Assembly (NCBI GenBank): GCA_965212055.1
Contig: OZ243041.1
Coordinates: forward strand, 416,001 to 480,000
Length of the DNA: 64,000 nucleotides
From: Fidelibacterota bacterium
GTDB taxonomy: Bacteria > Fidelibacterota > Marinisomatia > Marinisomatales > Marinisomataceae
Reading direction: 5' to 3'
Each line of letters starts with the position of its first letter. Within the stretch, counting starts at the first letter, position 1. Below are positions 31,996 to 42,992 of this stretch, piece after piece. The position numbers and the translations under genes were made by a program. The notes beneath the pieces are model-generated. The model was not told the origin of the DNA. It saw only the letters and a list, made by a program, of their open reading frames with translations, and searched no databases.

Positions 31996-34085
31996 TGTCT
32001 GCTGGTTTAAAAATTGTAAGAAATATTGGGATTATGGCCCATGTGGATGCTGGAAAAACAACATTAACAGAGAGAATGTTATACTATTCTGGTAAAACCC
32101 ATAGAATCGGTGAAGTTCACGATGGTGCAGCAACTATGGATTGGATGGCTCAAGAACAAGAAAGAGGCATTACAATTACTTCAGCTGCGACAACTTTCTA
32201 TTGGGATGAGAATCGTATTAACCTAATTGATACCCCAGGGCACGTAGATTTTACTATGGAAGTAGAAAGATCATTACGCGTTCTTGATGGTGCAGTTGCT
32301 GTTTTTTGTGCAGTTGCTGGAGTTGAACCTCAAAGTGAGACAGTTTGGAGACAAGCAACAAAATATAATGTACCAAGAATTGCTTTTATCAATAAAATGG
32401 ATAGAGTTGGTGCCGATTTTTATGCTGCAATACAAAGTATGAAAGATAGATTAAATACTAAACCTTTACCTCTTTTATTGCCCATTGGTTCAGGTGAAGA
32501 TTTTCATGGAGTTATTGATTTAGTAAGAATGAAAGCTATTGATTATAACGAAAGTACTCAAGGAGCTGACTTTGAATATATTGATATTCCAGCAGATTCA
32601 GTCTCTGAAGCAGACAAATGGAGAAATTTCCTTGTAGAAGAAGTTTCTACATATGATGATACATTAATGGAAAAATATGTTAATGAAGAAAAAATTTCAT
32701 CTGAAGAAATCGTAAGTGCATTAAAACAAGGTTGTTTAGAAAATGCTTTTGTCCCAACTCTATGTGGATCGGCTTTTAAAAACAAAGGTGTTCAGAGAGT
32801 TTTAGATGCTGTCGTTGCTTTTTTACCTTCTCCTGTTGATATTGATAGTACAGAAGCTTCTTTAGTTGATAATCCTGAAGAAAAAATAAATATCAAAAAT
32901 TCTGATGATGCACCCTTTACAGCTCTTGCATTCAAAATTGCTACTGATCCTTTTGTTGGAAGACTAACTTATTTGAGAGTTTACTCTGGGTCTTTAAAGA
33001 AGGGTTCTTTTTGTATTAATTCTAATACAGGTAAAAAAGAACGTATTTCAAGAATTTTACAGATGCATGCTAATAAAAGAGAAGAGCTCCAAGAGGTTAA
33101 AGCTGGAGAGATAGTTGCAGTTATTGGTTTAAAACATACTAATACTGGACATACATTATCAGAAAAAGGTGATGTTGTTTTAGAATCAATGGAATTTCCA
33201 GAACCTGTTGTTTCGGTTTCGATTGAACCTGTCTCTAAAGGAGATCAAGATCAATTAGCTAAAGGTATGAATAAGTTAAGTGAAGAAGACCCAACTTTTA
33301 AAGTAGCAGTTGATAAGGAAACGGCACAAACCTTGATTTCGGGAATGGGTGAAGTTCATTTAGAGATTATTATTGATAGGCTTAAAAGAGAATTTAATGT
33401 TAATGCCAATATTGGAAAACCTCAAGTTTCGTTCAGAGAAGCAATACAAAAATCTGTTGAAAAAATTGATGAAAAATTTATCCGCCAGTCTGGCGGTCGT
33501 GGACAGTATGGTCATGTTGTAATAAATGTAAAGCCTGGAGAACAAGGAAGCGGGTATACTTTCGTAAACAAAATTGTTGGAGGTGTTATTCCTAGAGAAT
33601 ATATACCTGCTGTTAATCAAGGTATTCAAGAATCATTGCAAAATGGTGTCTTATATGGATATCCTATTCCAGATATAGAAGTTGAACTCGTATTTGGATC
33701 ATACCATGATGTTGATTCATCAGAAATTGCATTTAAAGTAGCTGGTTCTAGAGCAATTATTACTGCATGTAAACAGGCTAATCCTGTCTTAATGGAACCA
33801 ATTATGAAAGTTGAAGCAACAACTCCAGATGATTATATGGGTGATGTTATAGGAGATATTAATTCAAGAAGAGGTAAAGTAGATACAATTGGTCAACAGG
33901 GTTCAAATCAACAAATTAAAGCGGTTGTGCCGCTTAGTGAAATGTTTGGGTATGCAACCGATCTAAGATCTCTATCTCAAGGAAGAGCAAATTTTTTTAT
34001 GGATTTTTCTCACTATGATAAAGTTCCCGCTCAAGTGGAGGAAAAGTTAATGAAAACAAGAGTTAAAAATGGAGTTGAAAAATAA
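31995..34085 (+). CDS. fusA: Elongation factor G
   Basis: [43 protein letters not shown]. Confidence 0.98.
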   Translation: MSAGLKIVRNIGIMAHVDAGKTTLTERMLYYSGKTHRIGEVHDGAATMDWMAQEQERGITITSAATTFYWDENRINLIDTPGHVDFTMEVERSLRVLDGAVAVFCAVAGVEPQSETVWRQATKYNVPRIAFINKMDRVGADFYAAIQSMKDRLNTKPLPLLLPIGSGEDFHGVIDLVRMKAIDYNESTQGADFEYIDIPADSVSEADKWRNFLVEEVSTYDDTLMEKYVNEEKISSEEIVSALKQGCLENAFVPTLCGSAFKNKGVQRVLDAVVAFLPSPVDIDSTEASLVDNPEEKINIKNSDDAPFTALAFKIATDPFVGRLTYLRVYSGSLKKGSFCINSNTGKKERISRILQMHANKREELQEVKAGEIVAVIGLKHTNTGHTLSEKGDVVLESMEFPEPVVSVSIEPVSKGDQDQLAKGMNKLSEEDPTFKVAVDKETAQTLISGMGEVHLEIIIDRLKREFNVNANIGKPQVSFREAIQKSVEKIDEKFIRQSGGRGQYGHVVINVKPGEQGSGYTFVNKIVGGVIPREYIPAVNQGIQESLQNGVLYGYPIPDIEVELVFGSYHDVDSSEIAFKVAGSRAIITACKQANPVLMEPIMKVEATTPDDYMGDVIGDINSRRGKVDTIGQQGSNQQIKAVVPLSEMFGYATDLRSLSQGRANFFMDFSHYDKVPAQVEEKLMKTRVKNGVEK

Positions 34086-34393
34086 TGAGTAAAGACCTAA
34101 TAAGAATTTCACTAAGGGCCTATGACCATAAACTTCTGGATAAATCTGCAGAGAAAATTATAAGAACAGCTAAATCGACTGGAGCAATTATCTCTGGTCC
34201 GATTCCATTACCAACAAAGAGAACTATTTATACGGTTTTAAGATCACCTTTTGTTAATAAAAAATCTCGTGAACAATTTCAGACAAAAATCCATAAAAGG
34301 ATAGTGGATATTGTGAATTCAACACCAAAGACTGTTGAATCTTTAATGAAATTAGATTTGCCAGCTGGCGTAGATATAGAGATTAGAGGTTAA
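34085..34393 (+). CDS. rpsJ: 30S ribosomal protein S10
   Basis: [22 protein letters not shown]. Confidence 0.98.
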   Translation: MSKDLIRISLRAYDHKLLDKSAEKIIRTAKSTGAIISGPIPLPTKRTIYTVLRSPFVNKKSREQFQTKIHKRIVDIVNSTPKTVESLMKLDLPAGVDIEIRG

Positions 34394-34394
34394 T

Positions 34395-35015
34395 ATGTAT
34401 GGTTTAATTGGTAAAAAATTAAAAATGTCCCAAATGTTCAATGAAAATGGGCATGTTGTTCCAGTTACTTTGATTCAAGCTGGTCCATGTACAGTCTCAC
34501 AGGTAAAAACTATAGATTCTGATGGTTATAATTCTGTACAGCTTGCTTTTGGAAAGAAATCAAAACGAAATACAAATAAACCCTTTAAAGGACATTTGAA
34601 AAAAGCAAAAATAGATTCTGCTAAAGTATTAGCAGAGTTTCAATCTGTAGATGGGTTTAATTATGAATTAGGTCAAAAATTTGATTCTTCAATTTTTAAT
34701 ATTGGAGAGATGGTTAGTGTAAGGTCAAAATCAAAAGGTAAAGGTTTTGCTGGAGTTATTAAAAGACATGGGTTTAGCACGCAACCTGCTACCCATGGTA
34801 CAAAACATACTGAAAGAGCTGGAGGATCAATTGGACAAGCATCTTGGCCTTCTAGAGTATTTAAAGGATTAAAGATGCCTGGTAGATTAGGGAATGCTTA
34901 TACCACTGCAGAAAATCTTGAAATTGTTAATATCGATAAGGAAAAAAACCTACTATATGTTAAAGGATCTATTGCAGGTGCAAATAATGCTATAGTATTT
35001 ATTTTGAAAAAATGA
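34395..35015 (+). CDS. rplC: 50S ribosomal protein L3
   Basis: PVTLIQAGPC, SKGKGFAGVIKRHG, RVFKGLKMPG. Confidence 0.97.
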   Translation: MYGLIGKKLKMSQMFNENGHVVPVTLIQAGPCTVSQVKTIDSDGYNSVQLAFGKKSKRNTNKPFKGHLKKAKIDSAKVLAEFQSVDGFNYELGQKFDSSIFNIGEMVSVRSKSKGKGFAGVIKRHGFSTQPATHGTKHTERAGGSIGQASWPSRVFKGLKMPGRLGNAYTTAENLEIVNIDKEKNLLYVKGSIAGANNAIVFILKK

Positions 35016-35632
35016 AGATAAAATCAATCAATAATAAAAAAGATTATACTGTGAGTGATTCAGTATTTAAAGTTCCGATGAATAATCAGGTAGTATACCA
35101 ATGCGTTGTGGCTGAGTTAAATAATGCAAGGCAAGGTACAAGTTCTACTAAGAATCGATCTTTAGTATCTGGTGGAGGTAAGAAACCATTCAAACAAAAA
35201 GGTACTGGAAATGCTAGAGCTGGAACAATAAGATCTCCCTTAATGAGAGGTGGTGGTGTTATTTTTGGACCTAGCCCAAAGTATTACTTTAAGAAGGTTA
35301 ATGCTAAGACAAAGAAATTAGCTTTTAAATGTATTCTTTCTGATAAAACAAAGAATAAATCTTTAAAGATAACTGATTCAATTACTCTCAAAACAAATAA
35401 AACTAAGGAACTAGTTCAATTTTTGCATGACAATAATTTGTCTGATAGAAAATTGACAATTGTTACATCTGAAGTGGATAATAATTTACTTTTAGCATCA
35501 CGTAATATTAAAGGCGTAAATATAGTTAAAGCATCTTCTTGTTCGATTGTAGATTTATTTGATTCGGATATTATTTTGATTGATTCAGGTGGACTTGAAG
35601 TTATTTCATCTAGATTTGGAGGAGACAAATAA
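35012..35632 (+). CDS. rplD: 50S ribosomal protein L4
   Basis: RQGTSSTKNRS.VSGGGKKPFKQKGTGNARAG. Confidence 0.97.
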   Translation: MKIKSINNKKDYTVSDSVFKVPMNNQVVYQCVVAELNNARQGTSSTKNRSLVSGGGKKPFKQKGTGNARAGTIRSPLMRGGGVIFGPSPKYYFKKVNAKTKKLAFKCILSDKTKNKSLKITDSITLKTNKTKELVQFLHDNNLSDRKLTIVTSEVDNNLLLASRNIKGVNIVKASSCSIVDLFDSDIILIDSGGLEVISSRFGGDK

Positions 35633-35633
35633 A

Positions 35634-35945
35634 ATGAACGATATTTCTCAGATATTGATACGTCCAATTGTGACCGAGAAAATGACTCTTTTACAGGATC
35701 AAGGTAATAAATATGCGTTCGAAGTACCTTTAAGTGCAAATAAAATAGAGATAAAAAAAGCTGTTGAGAAAAAATTTAAAGTTAAAGTTTTAAAAGTAGC
35801 TATTATTAATAAAAAAGGTAAAGAAAAACAAATGACAGTAAAGAGCGGTGGAAGAACAATTAGAACAAGTGGATATACAAAGTTAAAGAAAAGAGCTTTA
35901 GTAACATTAATAGAAGGTTATAACATAGATTTATTTAGTATATAA
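35634..35945 (+). CDS. rplW: 50S ribosomal protein L23
   Basis: RPIVTEK, ANKIEIKKAVE, KKRALVTL; GGAGG SD upstream. Confidence 0.95.
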   Translation: MNDISQILIRPIVTEKMTLLQDQGNKYAFEVPLSANKIEIKKAVEKKFKVKVLKVAIINKKGKEKQMTVKSGGRTIRTSGYTKLKKRALVTLIEGYNIDLFSI

Positions 35946-35957
35946 AAAATTATAATT

Positions 35958-36785
35958 ATGGCAATAAAACAACTAAAACCAGTTACACCCGCTTCTAGAT
36001 TTGCTTCTAGACCCGATTTTACTGAGATTACTACCAGTAAGCCTGAGAAATCTTTGGTAAGAAAACTCAATAAAACAGGTGGAAGAAATAATAAGGGTAG
36101 AATTACATCTAGAAGAAGAGGTGGAGGGCATAAACGCAGTTATCGGATTATAGATTTCAAGAGAAATAAATTTGATATTGAAGCTAAAGTAGCAACAATT
36201 GAATATGATCCAAATCGTAGTGCGTTTATTGCATTGCTTTATTATTCAGACGGTGAAAAGAGATATATTGTTCAGCCAGATGGATTAAAGGTTGGTGATA
36301 TAGTTGTTTCTGGTGAAAAAACTTCTCTGAAGACAGGTAATGCTATGATGTTGAAAAATATACCATCTGGACAATTTGTACACAATGTAGAGCTATTTCC
36401 TGGTAAAGGAGCACAGTTGGCTAGAAGTGCAGGTTCCTATGTTCAGATTATGGCAAATGATGAAGGTTTCACAACATTAAAAATGCCATCTGATGAAGTA
36501 AGAATGGTTCCCGAAGATTGTTTGGCTACAATTGGCATAGTGGGCAATAAGCATCATGAATTAATTCGATCAGGTAAGGCTGGTAGATCTAGATGGTTAG
36601 GTAAGCGCCCTAAGGTTAGAGGAGTAGCAATGAATCCTGTCGACCATCCTATGGGTGGAGGTGAAGGTAAGAGTTCTGGAGGAAGACACCCAACCACTCC
36701 TTGGGGTAAACCTACAAAAGGATATAAAACTAGAAAGAAAAATAAAAAATCAGATTCTTTAATCGTAAAGAGGAGAAATAATTAA
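35958..36785 (+). CDS. rplB: 50S ribosomal protein L2
   Basis: [26 protein letters not shown]. Confidence 0.98.
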   Translation: MAIKQLKPVTPASRFASRPDFTEITTSKPEKSLVRKLNKTGGRNNKGRITSRRRGGGHKRSYRIIDFKRNKFDIEAKVATIEYDPNRSAFIALLYYSDGEKRYIVQPDGLKVGDIVVSGEKTSLKTGNAMMLKNIPSGQFVHNVELFPGKGAQLARSAGSYVQIMANDEGFTTLKMPSDEVRMVPEDCLATIGIVGNKHHELIRSGKAGRSRWLGKRPKVRGVAMNPVDHPMGGGEGKSSGGRHPTTPWGKPTKGYKTRKKNKKSDSLIVKRRNN

Positions 36786-37051
36786 TGTCTAGATCTGTCA
36801 AAAAAGGACCACATATTGATTTTAAACTTTTAAAGAAAATAGAAAAAATGGAGAAATCAAAAAAGAAAAGTGTTATTAAAACTTGGGCTAGAAATTCAAT
36901 AATAACCCCAGATTTTGTTGGACATACTTTTGCTGTTCATAACGGCAATAAGTTTATTCCTGTTTTTATAACTGAAAATATGGTTGGACATAAACTTGGT
37001 GAATTCTCTCCAACAAGAATATTTAGAATGCATTCAGGAGATAGGAAATAA
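36785..37051 (+). CDS. rpsS: 30S ribosomal protein S19
   Basis: [20 protein letters not shown]. Confidence 0.98.
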   Translation: MSRSVKKGPHIDFKLLKKIEKMEKSKKKSVIKTWARNSIITPDFVGHTFAVHNGNKFIPVFITENMVGHKLGEFSPTRIFRMHSGDRK

Positions 37052-37057
37052 AAGACT

Positions 37058-37390
37058 ATGGAAATTATTTCAAAATCTAACAATATAAGACAGTCACCAA
37101 AGAAACTTAGAAAAGTTGCTGATTGCGTGAGAGGTTTGAATGTCAATAAAGCACTTTCTTCATTGAGACATATGGATGAAAAAGGAGCAGAAATTATTGG
37201 AAAAACGTTATCATCTGCTATTGCTAATGCTGTGAGCAATGAAAAATTTGATAAAGATATGAATAGTGTTATGATAAAAACAATTACTGTTGATGAAGGT
37301 CAGCCTTTAAAAAGATTTAGAGCGCGTGCACAAGGTCGTGCAAGTAAAATTAAGAAAAGAACTAGTCATTTAAAGATAATTATAGGATAA
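37058..37390 (+). CDS. rplV: 50S ribosomal protein L22
   Basis: SPKKLR.VAD, SAIANA, RARAQGRA..IKKRTSH. Confidence 0.97.
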   Translation: MEIISKSNNIRQSPKKLRKVADCVRGLNVNKALSSLRHMDEKGAEIIGKTLSSAIANAVSNEKFDKDMNSVMIKTITVDEGQPLKRFRARAQGRASKIKKRTSHLKIIIG

Positions 37391-37394
37391 TTAA

Positions 37395-38036
37395 ATGGGA
37401 CAAAAAACACATCCAAAAGGATATAGATTAGATGTAAATAAAGATTGGGAATCTAACTGGTTTTCTAAGAAGAACCAGTATGCTGTTGACTTAGCTCAAG
37501 ATATCCAATTAAGAAAATATCTTAAGAAAAGACTTCAAGATGCATCAGTTTCATCTATCAATATTGAAAAAACTTCGCAATCGATCACCATTACACTTCA
37601 TACCGCTAGACCGGGTATTGTTATTGGTAAAGGAGGAGAAGAAGTTGGAAGATTAAAAAAAGAAGTAGCAAAACTTTGTAATACAAACGATATCCAGTTA
37701 AATATTACTGAAGTTAAAAGACCTGAGTTAGATGCAGAACTTGTAGGTCAGAATATTGCAAGTCAATTAATTAAGAAAATGGCATATAGAAGGGTCATTA
37801 ATAAAACAATGCAGTCTACGATGAGAATGGGCGCTGAAGGTATAAGAATAAATGTTGCAGGTAGACTAGGCGGGGTTGAGATTGCAAGATCTGAAAGATT
37901 TATGGATGGAAGAGTACCGCTTCATACACTTAGAGCAAATATCGATTATGCTCTTGTTGAAGCACAAACTACATACGGAATTATTGGTATTAAAGTTTGG
38001 ATTTGTAATGGATTTAATAAAGCGAAGAGTAAATAA
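37395..38036 (+). CDS. rpsC: 30S ribosomal protein S3
   Basis: [27 protein letters not shown]. Confidence 0.98.
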   Translation: MGQKTHPKGYRLDVNKDWESNWFSKKNQYAVDLAQDIQLRKYLKKRLQDASVSSINIEKTSQSITITLHTARPGIVIGKGGEEVGRLKKEVAKLCNTNDIQLNITEVKRPELDAELVGQNIASQLIKKMAYRRVINKTMQSTMRMGAEGIRINVAGRLGGVEIARSERFMDGRVPLHTLRANIDYALVEAQTTYGIIGIKVWICNGFNKAKSK

Positions 38037-38461
38037 TGTTAGAACCTACAAAAGTAAAATTTAGAAGAGTTCATAGAGGAAACAGAAGAGGTATGGCTAA
38101 AGGTGGTACTGAAGTCAATTTTGGTAGCTATGGATTGAAAGCAATGGAACCTGGTTGGATTACTGCTAGACAGATTGAAGCTTCAAGAGTTGCAATTTCT
38201 AGGTTTGTTAGAAAAGTTGGAAAGATGTGGATTAGAATATTTCCTGACAAGCCAATTACCAAGAAACCATTGGAAACAAGAATGGGTAAAGGAAAAGGTG
38301 CTCCTGAATACTGGGTAAGTAATGTAAAACCAGGGAGAATACTATTTGAAGTAGAAGGAATACCAAGAGATGTTGCACAGAAAGCATTTAAAAATGCAGG
38401 GAGCAAACTACCTATTAAAACAAAATTAGTCGCAAGAAGAGGTTTAGATGAAAGTAAATGA
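38036..38461 (+). CDS. rplP: 50S ribosomal protein L16
   Basis: RQIEASR, RIFPDKP, RMGKGKG. Confidence 0.98.
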   Translation: MLEPTKVKFRRVHRGNRRGMAKGGTEVNFGSYGLKAMEPGWITARQIEASRVAISRFVRKVGKMWIRIFPDKPITKKPLETRMGKGKGAPEYWVSNVKPGRILFEVEGIPRDVAQKAFKNAGSKLPIKTKLVARRGLDESK

Positions 38462-38657
38462 TTTAAGACAATTATCTGATAACGATTTACTTGCACGCTT
38501 AAACGATAACAAGGAAAGTTTACAAAAATATCGTTTTCAAAAATCTATTCAACAGTTAGAGGATCATCGATTGTTGTCAGATTTACGTAAAGAGAATGCA
38601 AAAATTGAGACAGTATTAAGAGAAAAAACGTTGAATAAGGATAATACTAATGGATAG
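38448..38657 (+). CDS. rpmC: 50S ribosomal protein L29
   Basis: Position, size, RFQ...[14 protein letters not shown]. Confidence 0.92.
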   Translation: MKVNDLRQLSDNDLLARLNDNKESLQKYRFQKSIQQLEDHRLLSDLRKENAKIETVLREKTLNKDNTNG

Positions 38658-38904
38658 AAATCGTCAAAAATTAGTTGGTAAGGTTGTATCTGATTCTATG
38701 GATAAAACTATAGTTGTTAGCGTGGAAAGATTAGTCAAACATAGACTTTATAAGAAATATATAAGACAATCAAAAAAATATTATGTTCACGATGAAGATA
38801 ATTCTCATAAGAATGGAGATTTAGTTGAGATTATTTCTTCTAAACCGTTGAGCAAAACTAAAAGATGGCGTGTTTCAAGATTGACGGAGAAAAACGAGAA
38901 ATAA
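38650..38904 (+). CDS. rpsQ: 30S ribosomal protein S17
   Basis: [23 protein letters not shown]. Confidence 0.97.
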   Translation: MDRNRQKLVGKVVSDSMDKTIVVSVERLVKHRLYKKYIRQSKKYYVHDEDNSHKNGDLVEIISSKPLSKTKRWRVSRLTEKNEK

Positions 38905-38905
38905 T

Positions 38906-39274
38906 ATGATTCAACAGGAAACAAAATTAAAAGTGGCTGACAATTCTGGTGCAAAAGTTGTGCAGTGTTTTAAAGTACTGGGCGGTTCTAAAAGGAGATA
39001 TGCTAGCATAGGCGATGTTGTTGTTGTATCTGTGAAGACATCTATTCCAGGAGGAATGGTAAAAAAAGGAGATGTTTCTCGTGCTGTTGTCGTTAGAGTT
39101 GCGAAAGAATTACGAAGAAAAGATGGTTCATATATAAGATTTGATGATAATGCTGCTGTTTTATTAAATGAACAAAATGAGCCAAGAGGTACAAGAATAT
39201 TTGGACCAGTTGCTAGAGAATTAAGAGATAATGGATATATGAAAATTATATCAATGGCCCCAGAGGTTTTATAA
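38906..39274 (+). CDS. rplN: 50S ribosomal protein L14
   Basis: [27 protein letters not shown]. Confidence 0.98.
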   Translation: MIQQETKLKVADNSGAKVVQCFKVLGGSKRRYASIGDVVVVSVKTSIPGGMVKKGDVSRAVVVRVAKELRRKDGSYIRFDDNAAVLLNEQNEPRGTRIFGPVARELRDNGYMKIISMAPEVL

Positions 39275-39579
39275 TGAAAATTAAAAAAGATATGGTAGTA
39301 AAAGTAATTTCTGGGAACTTCAAAGGTTTGTCAGGAAAAGTATTAAAAGTATTTCCAGTAAATAAAAGAGTTATTGTTGAAGGAATTGGGTTAACTAAAA
39401 GGACATTAAAACCCTCTCAAGAAAACCCTAAAGGTGGATTTACTGAGAGAGAAAGATCTATACATATATCAAATGTTATGATTTTAGATAATAATGAAAT
39501 CTCAAGAATTGGTTTTAAGCTATTGAAAGATAAATCAAAAGTAAGAGTTTCGAAGAGAAGCGGTAAGGAGCTTGGTTAA
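39274..39579 (+). CDS. rplX: 50S ribosomal protein L24
   Basis: KOW motif, IHISNVM. Confidence 0.95.
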   Translation: MKIKKDMVVKVISGNFKGLSGKVLKVFPVNKRVIVEGIGLTKRTLKPSQENPKGGFTERERSIHISNVMILDNNEISRIGFKLLKDKSKVRVSKRSGKELG

Positions 39580-39581
39580 TT

Positions 39582-40247
39582 ATGGCAGAAGCAACATATA
39601 CTCCTACATATAAACAAAAATATCTTAATGAGGTAAGACCGCATCTTATTAAGACATTCAATTTAGAAAGTGTTATGGAAGCTCCAAAAATTGAAAAGAT
39701 AACTTTGAATATTGGTTTAGGAAATGCCAAGAATGATTCTAAAGCGCTAAAAGCAGCTTTGGATGAATTAATGTTAATTACAGGACAGAAACCTATTGTG
39801 ACTAAAGCAAAAAAAGATGTTTCAAATTTTAAGATCAGGAAAGGATTTCCTGTTGGCTGTAAAGTGACATTAAGAAAGAATTATATGTATGAATTTTTAG
39901 AAAGATTATGTGCTGTAGCCCTTCCAAGAACGAGAGATTTTAGAGGTTTATCTAGCAAATCATTTGACGGTCAAGGAAACTATAGTTTTGGAATTAAGGA
40001 ACAGGTTGTATTTCCTGAGATTGATTATGATAAAGTTGATACTATTAGAGGTATGGATGTGATTATTACAACCTCATCAGACAATGATGAGATTTCATAT
40101 GAAATGTTAAGAGCAATGGGACTTCCTATTAAAGAAAAAGGTACTGAGATAGAAGAAGAAGTTCCGGTAAGAAAAGCTCCTCCAGTAGAAGAAGCTCCGG
40201 TAGAAGAAGATAAATTAAACGAGGAAAAAGATGGCGAAAAAGTCTAA
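39582..40247 (+). CDS. rplE: 50S ribosomal protein L5 with acidic C-terminal extension
   Basis: [33 protein letters not shown]. Confidence 0.97.
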   Translation: MAEATYTPTYKQKYLNEVRPHLIKTFNLESVMEAPKIEKITLNIGLGNAKNDSKALKAALDELMLITGQKPIVTKAKKDVSNFKIRKGFPVGCKVTLRKNYMYEFLERLCAVALPRTRDFRGLSSKSFDGQGNYSFGIKEQVVFPEIDYDKVDTIRGMDVIITTSSDNDEISYEMLRAMGLPIKEKGTEIEEEVPVRKAPPVEEAPVEEDKLNEEKDGEKV

Positions 40248-40536
40248 AATTTCAAGAGAAAAGCATTTAGCAAAAAAAGTTAAGAGACATTATCTTTTAA
40301 GAAAAGAATTAAGGGATTTAATTAAAAATCCAAATACTTCTGAAGAAGATAAATTAAATGCAATCAAAAAATTACAAAAACTTCCAAGAAGTTCTAGCCA
40401 TGTTAGGCTAACCAACAGATGTTTAGTATCCGGACGTCCGAAGGGATACATGAGAAAATTTGGTTTATCAAGAATAACTTTTAGAGAATTAGCACTTAAA
40501 GGAGAGCTTCCTGGTGTAACAAAGGCAAGCTGGTAA
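40231..40536 (+). CDS. rpsN: 30S ribosomal protein S14, long zinc-free form
   Basis: 101 aa, [34 protein letters not shown]. Confidence 0.97.
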   Translation: MAKKSKISREKHLAKKVKRHYLLRKELRDLIKNPNTSEEDKLNAIKKLQKLPRSSSHVRLTNRCLVSGRPKGYMRKFGLSRITFRELALKGELPGVTKASW

Positions 40537-40547
40537 GGAGCATATTT

Positions 40548-40946
40548 ATGTCAATGACAGATCCAATAGCAGATTATTGTACAAGAATAAGAAATGGTTA
40601 TTCTTCTAAGAAGAGATGGATAGATATTCCATCCTCTGAATTGAAGAAAAGAATTTCTCTTGTTCTAAAAGAAGAAGGATATATTGATAATTTTGTATTT
40701 GTAAATAAAGAATCAAAAAAAGAAGATATTAGAATCTTTTTAAGATATGATAATGATGTACCAGCTATTACTACTATTGAGAAGATTAGTAAACCTGGAA
40801 AAAGAGTATATGTATCTGTTGGTGATATTCCTAGGGTCTTGAATGGATTAGGGATTAGTGTTATTTCATCTTCAAGAGGAGTGGTAAGTAATAAGGTGGC
40901 AAGAGAATTAAAAGTTGGAGGAGAGTTGCTTTGCAACGTTTGGTAG
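40548..40946 (+). CDS. rpsH: 30S ribosomal protein S8
   Basis: MTDPIAD..TRIRN, SKPGKRVY, GGELLC.VW. Confidence 0.97.
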   Translation: MSMTDPIADYCTRIRNGYSSKKRWIDIPSSELKKRISLVLKEEGYIDNFVFVNKESKKEDIRIFLRYDNDVPAITTIEKISKPGKRVYVSVGDIPRVLNGLGISVISSSRGVVSNKVARELKVGGELLCNVW

Positions 40947-40947
40947 A

Positions 40948-41490
40948 ATGTCAAGAATAGGGAATAATCCAATTACAGTGCCAGAAGACGTAAAAATAGA
41001 GAAGAATAGTTCTAGCTTGCTCATTAATGGTCCTAAAGGAAAATTATCAGTGAATCTTTTTGAAGAATTAGATCTGAAAATTGATAAAGATTCAATTGGA
41101 GTATCTGTCAAAAATGATGATACGCATTCAAGAGCTATGCATGGTACAGTGAGACAATTAATTTCTAATGCAATTGAGGGTGTTAATAGTGGTTTTTCAA
41201 AACATTTAGAGATTGTAGGTGTTGGTTATAATGTAAAGAGTCAAGGTACTCGACTTATATTTCAGTTAGGTTTTTCACATGATATCATATTAGAACTTCC
41301 TGACGGCATTGAAGCAGATGCACAAAAAAACAAGCTTGAGATTAAAGGAATTGATAAGCAATTAGTTGGTCAAGTATCTGCAAAAATAAGAGCATTAAGA
41401 AAGCCTGAACCTTATAAAGGAAAAGGAATTAGATATAAAGATGAATATGTTCGTTCTAAGCAAGGTAAAACTGTTGGAGGCACTGAGTAA
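40948..41490 (+). CDS. rplF: 50S ribosomal protein L6
   Basis: MSRIG, GPKG, RKPEPYKGKGIRY. Confidence 0.97.
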   Translation: MSRIGNNPITVPEDVKIEKNSSSLLINGPKGKLSVNLFEELDLKIDKDSIGVSVKNDDTHSRAMHGTVRQLISNAIEGVNSGFSKHLEIVGVGYNVKSQGTRLIFQLGFSHDIILELPDGIEADAQKNKLEIKGIDKQLVGQVSAKIRALRKPEPYKGKGIRYKDEYVRSKQGKTVGGTE

Positions 41491-41493
41491 AAC

Positions 41494-41853
41494 ATGGGTA
41501 TTTTGAAAGTAAAAAAAGAGCAGTATTTACGCAGAAAAAAGAGATCAAAAAAATCTTTTCCTATCGAGGGAGAATATAGATTGTGTGTTTATAAAAGCGC
41601 GAAACATATAGAAGCTCAGATTATTGATGATTTTAGTCAAAATACAATTGTTGCTGCTTCATCCAAGGAGAAAGTTTATAATGGTAAGAAAATCAATAAA
41701 ACTGAACTTGCTTCTCTTGTAGGTGAGTCTCTTGCTGAGAGGGCTAAATCTAAAAAAGTAATAAGTGTTTATTTTGATAGAAATGGTTTTAAGTATCATG
41801 GAAGAGTAAAGTCATTGGCAGACGCTTCTAGAAAAGGCGGATTAAAATTTTAA
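41494..41853 (+). CDS. rplR: 50S ribosomal protein L18
   Basis: AQIIDD, FDRNGFKYHGRVK..AD..R.GGL.F. Confidence 0.96.
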   Translation: MGILKVKKEQYLRRKKRSKKSFPIEGEYRLCVYKSAKHIEAQIIDDFSQNTIVAASSKEKVYNGKKINKTELASLVGESLAERAKSKKVISVYFDRNGFKYHGRVKSLADASRKGGLKF

Positions 41854-41866
41854 TAATGGAGAATAA

Positions 41867-42373
41867 ATGAGTACAATTAATCATTCAGAATTAGATCTAA
41901 GGGAAGAGTCAGTTATAAGAATTAATAGGGTTGCTAAAGTTAATTCTAGAGGAAAGAGATTTAGTTTTTCTACTATTGTAGTTATAGGAGATGGAAGAAC
42001 TCATGTTGGTATTGGTGCTGGAAAAGCAAACGAAGTATTAGTATCAATTAATAAAGCAAAAGATACCGCTAAACAAAATCTAATTAAAGTACCTGTTTAC
42101 AACTATACAATTCCCCATGAGATTATTGGAAAACATGGTGCAAGCAGAGTTTTATTAAAGCCTGCTCCTCCTGGGACTGGAATTATAGCTGGATCTGCTG
42201 TAAGACTAATTATGGAGCAAGTAGGTATAAGCAATATTTACACCAAAGTATTGGGTTCAAATAATCCTATGAATGTTGCTAAAGCTGTTATGAATGCGCT
42301 TTTAAATTTACAGGATATAAGAAAAGTTGCTAAAAAGAGAGGTAAGACTCCAAAAAATTTGTTTGAGGTATAA
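41867..42373 (+). CDS. rpsE: 30S ribosomal protein S5
   Basis: INRVAKV, VVIGDG, KPAPPGTGIIAG, GSNNP.N. Confidence 0.97.
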   Translation: MSTINHSELDLREESVIRINRVAKVNSRGKRFSFSTIVVIGDGRTHVGIGAGKANEVLVSINKAKDTAKQNLIKVPVYNYTIPHEIIGKHGASRVLLKPAPPGTGIIAGSAVRLIMEQVGISNIYTKVLGSNNPMNVAKAVMNALLNLQDIRKVAKKRGKTPKNLFEV

Positions 42374-42375
42374 AA

Positions 42376-42564
42376 GTGGCCAATAAAAAAATAAAAATTA
42401 CACAAGTTAAAAGTAGAATTGGGTATTCTAGAAAAGCCAAAGCAACATTAGATGCTCTAGGATTGAGGAAGATTAATCAGTCTGTTGTTCTAGATTTGAA
42501 TGATTCTATATACGGGATGGTTAAAAAAATAGATTATTTGGTTAAGGTTGAGGAAGTTAAATGA
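42376..42564 (+). CDS. rpmD: 50S ribosomal protein L30 (GTG start)
   Basis: KITQVKS.IG, TL.ALGLRKIN. Confidence 0.95.
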   Translation: MANKKIKITQVKSRIGYSRKAKATLDALGLRKINQSVVLDLNDSIYGMVKKIDYLVKVEEVK

Positions 42565-42992
42565 AATTAATTAAACCAGTTAATTCACTCAAAAAATCAA
42601 AGCGAGTTGGTAGAGGTCCTGGGTCTGGATTAGGAAAGACTGCAGGTAGAGGCCATAAAGGCGCAGGTCAAAGGAGTGGATTCAAACATAGATATTGGTT
42701 TGAAGGAGGTCAAATGCCTCTCTATAGAAGAGTCCCAATGAGAGGATTTAACAATTCAAATTTCCAAAAATCATATGAAACTGTTAACCTTTCTGATATT
42801 GGAAAAATTAAAGTTAAAAATATTGATTCAGAGGTATTATTTAAAAACGGTTTGATTTCTTCAAATTTTGCTCCTGTTAAGATTCTAGCAAATGGTGATA
42901 TTAAAAAAGCATATAATATTACTGCTTCATCATTTAGTAAGTCAGCTGCTAGAAAAATAGAAGAACTTGGTGGAAAGGTTATTGTGGAATGA
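42561..42992 (+). CDS. rplO: 50S ribosomal protein L15
   Basis: RVGRGPGSGLGKTAGRGHKG, FEGGQMPL. Confidence 0.97.
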   Translation: MKLIKPVNSLKKSKRVGRGPGSGLGKTAGRGHKGAGQRSGFKHRYWFEGGQMPLYRRVPMRGFNNSNFQKSYETVNLSDIGKIKVKNIDSEVLFKNGLISSNFAPVKILANGDIKKAYNITASSFSKSAARKIEELGGKVIVE

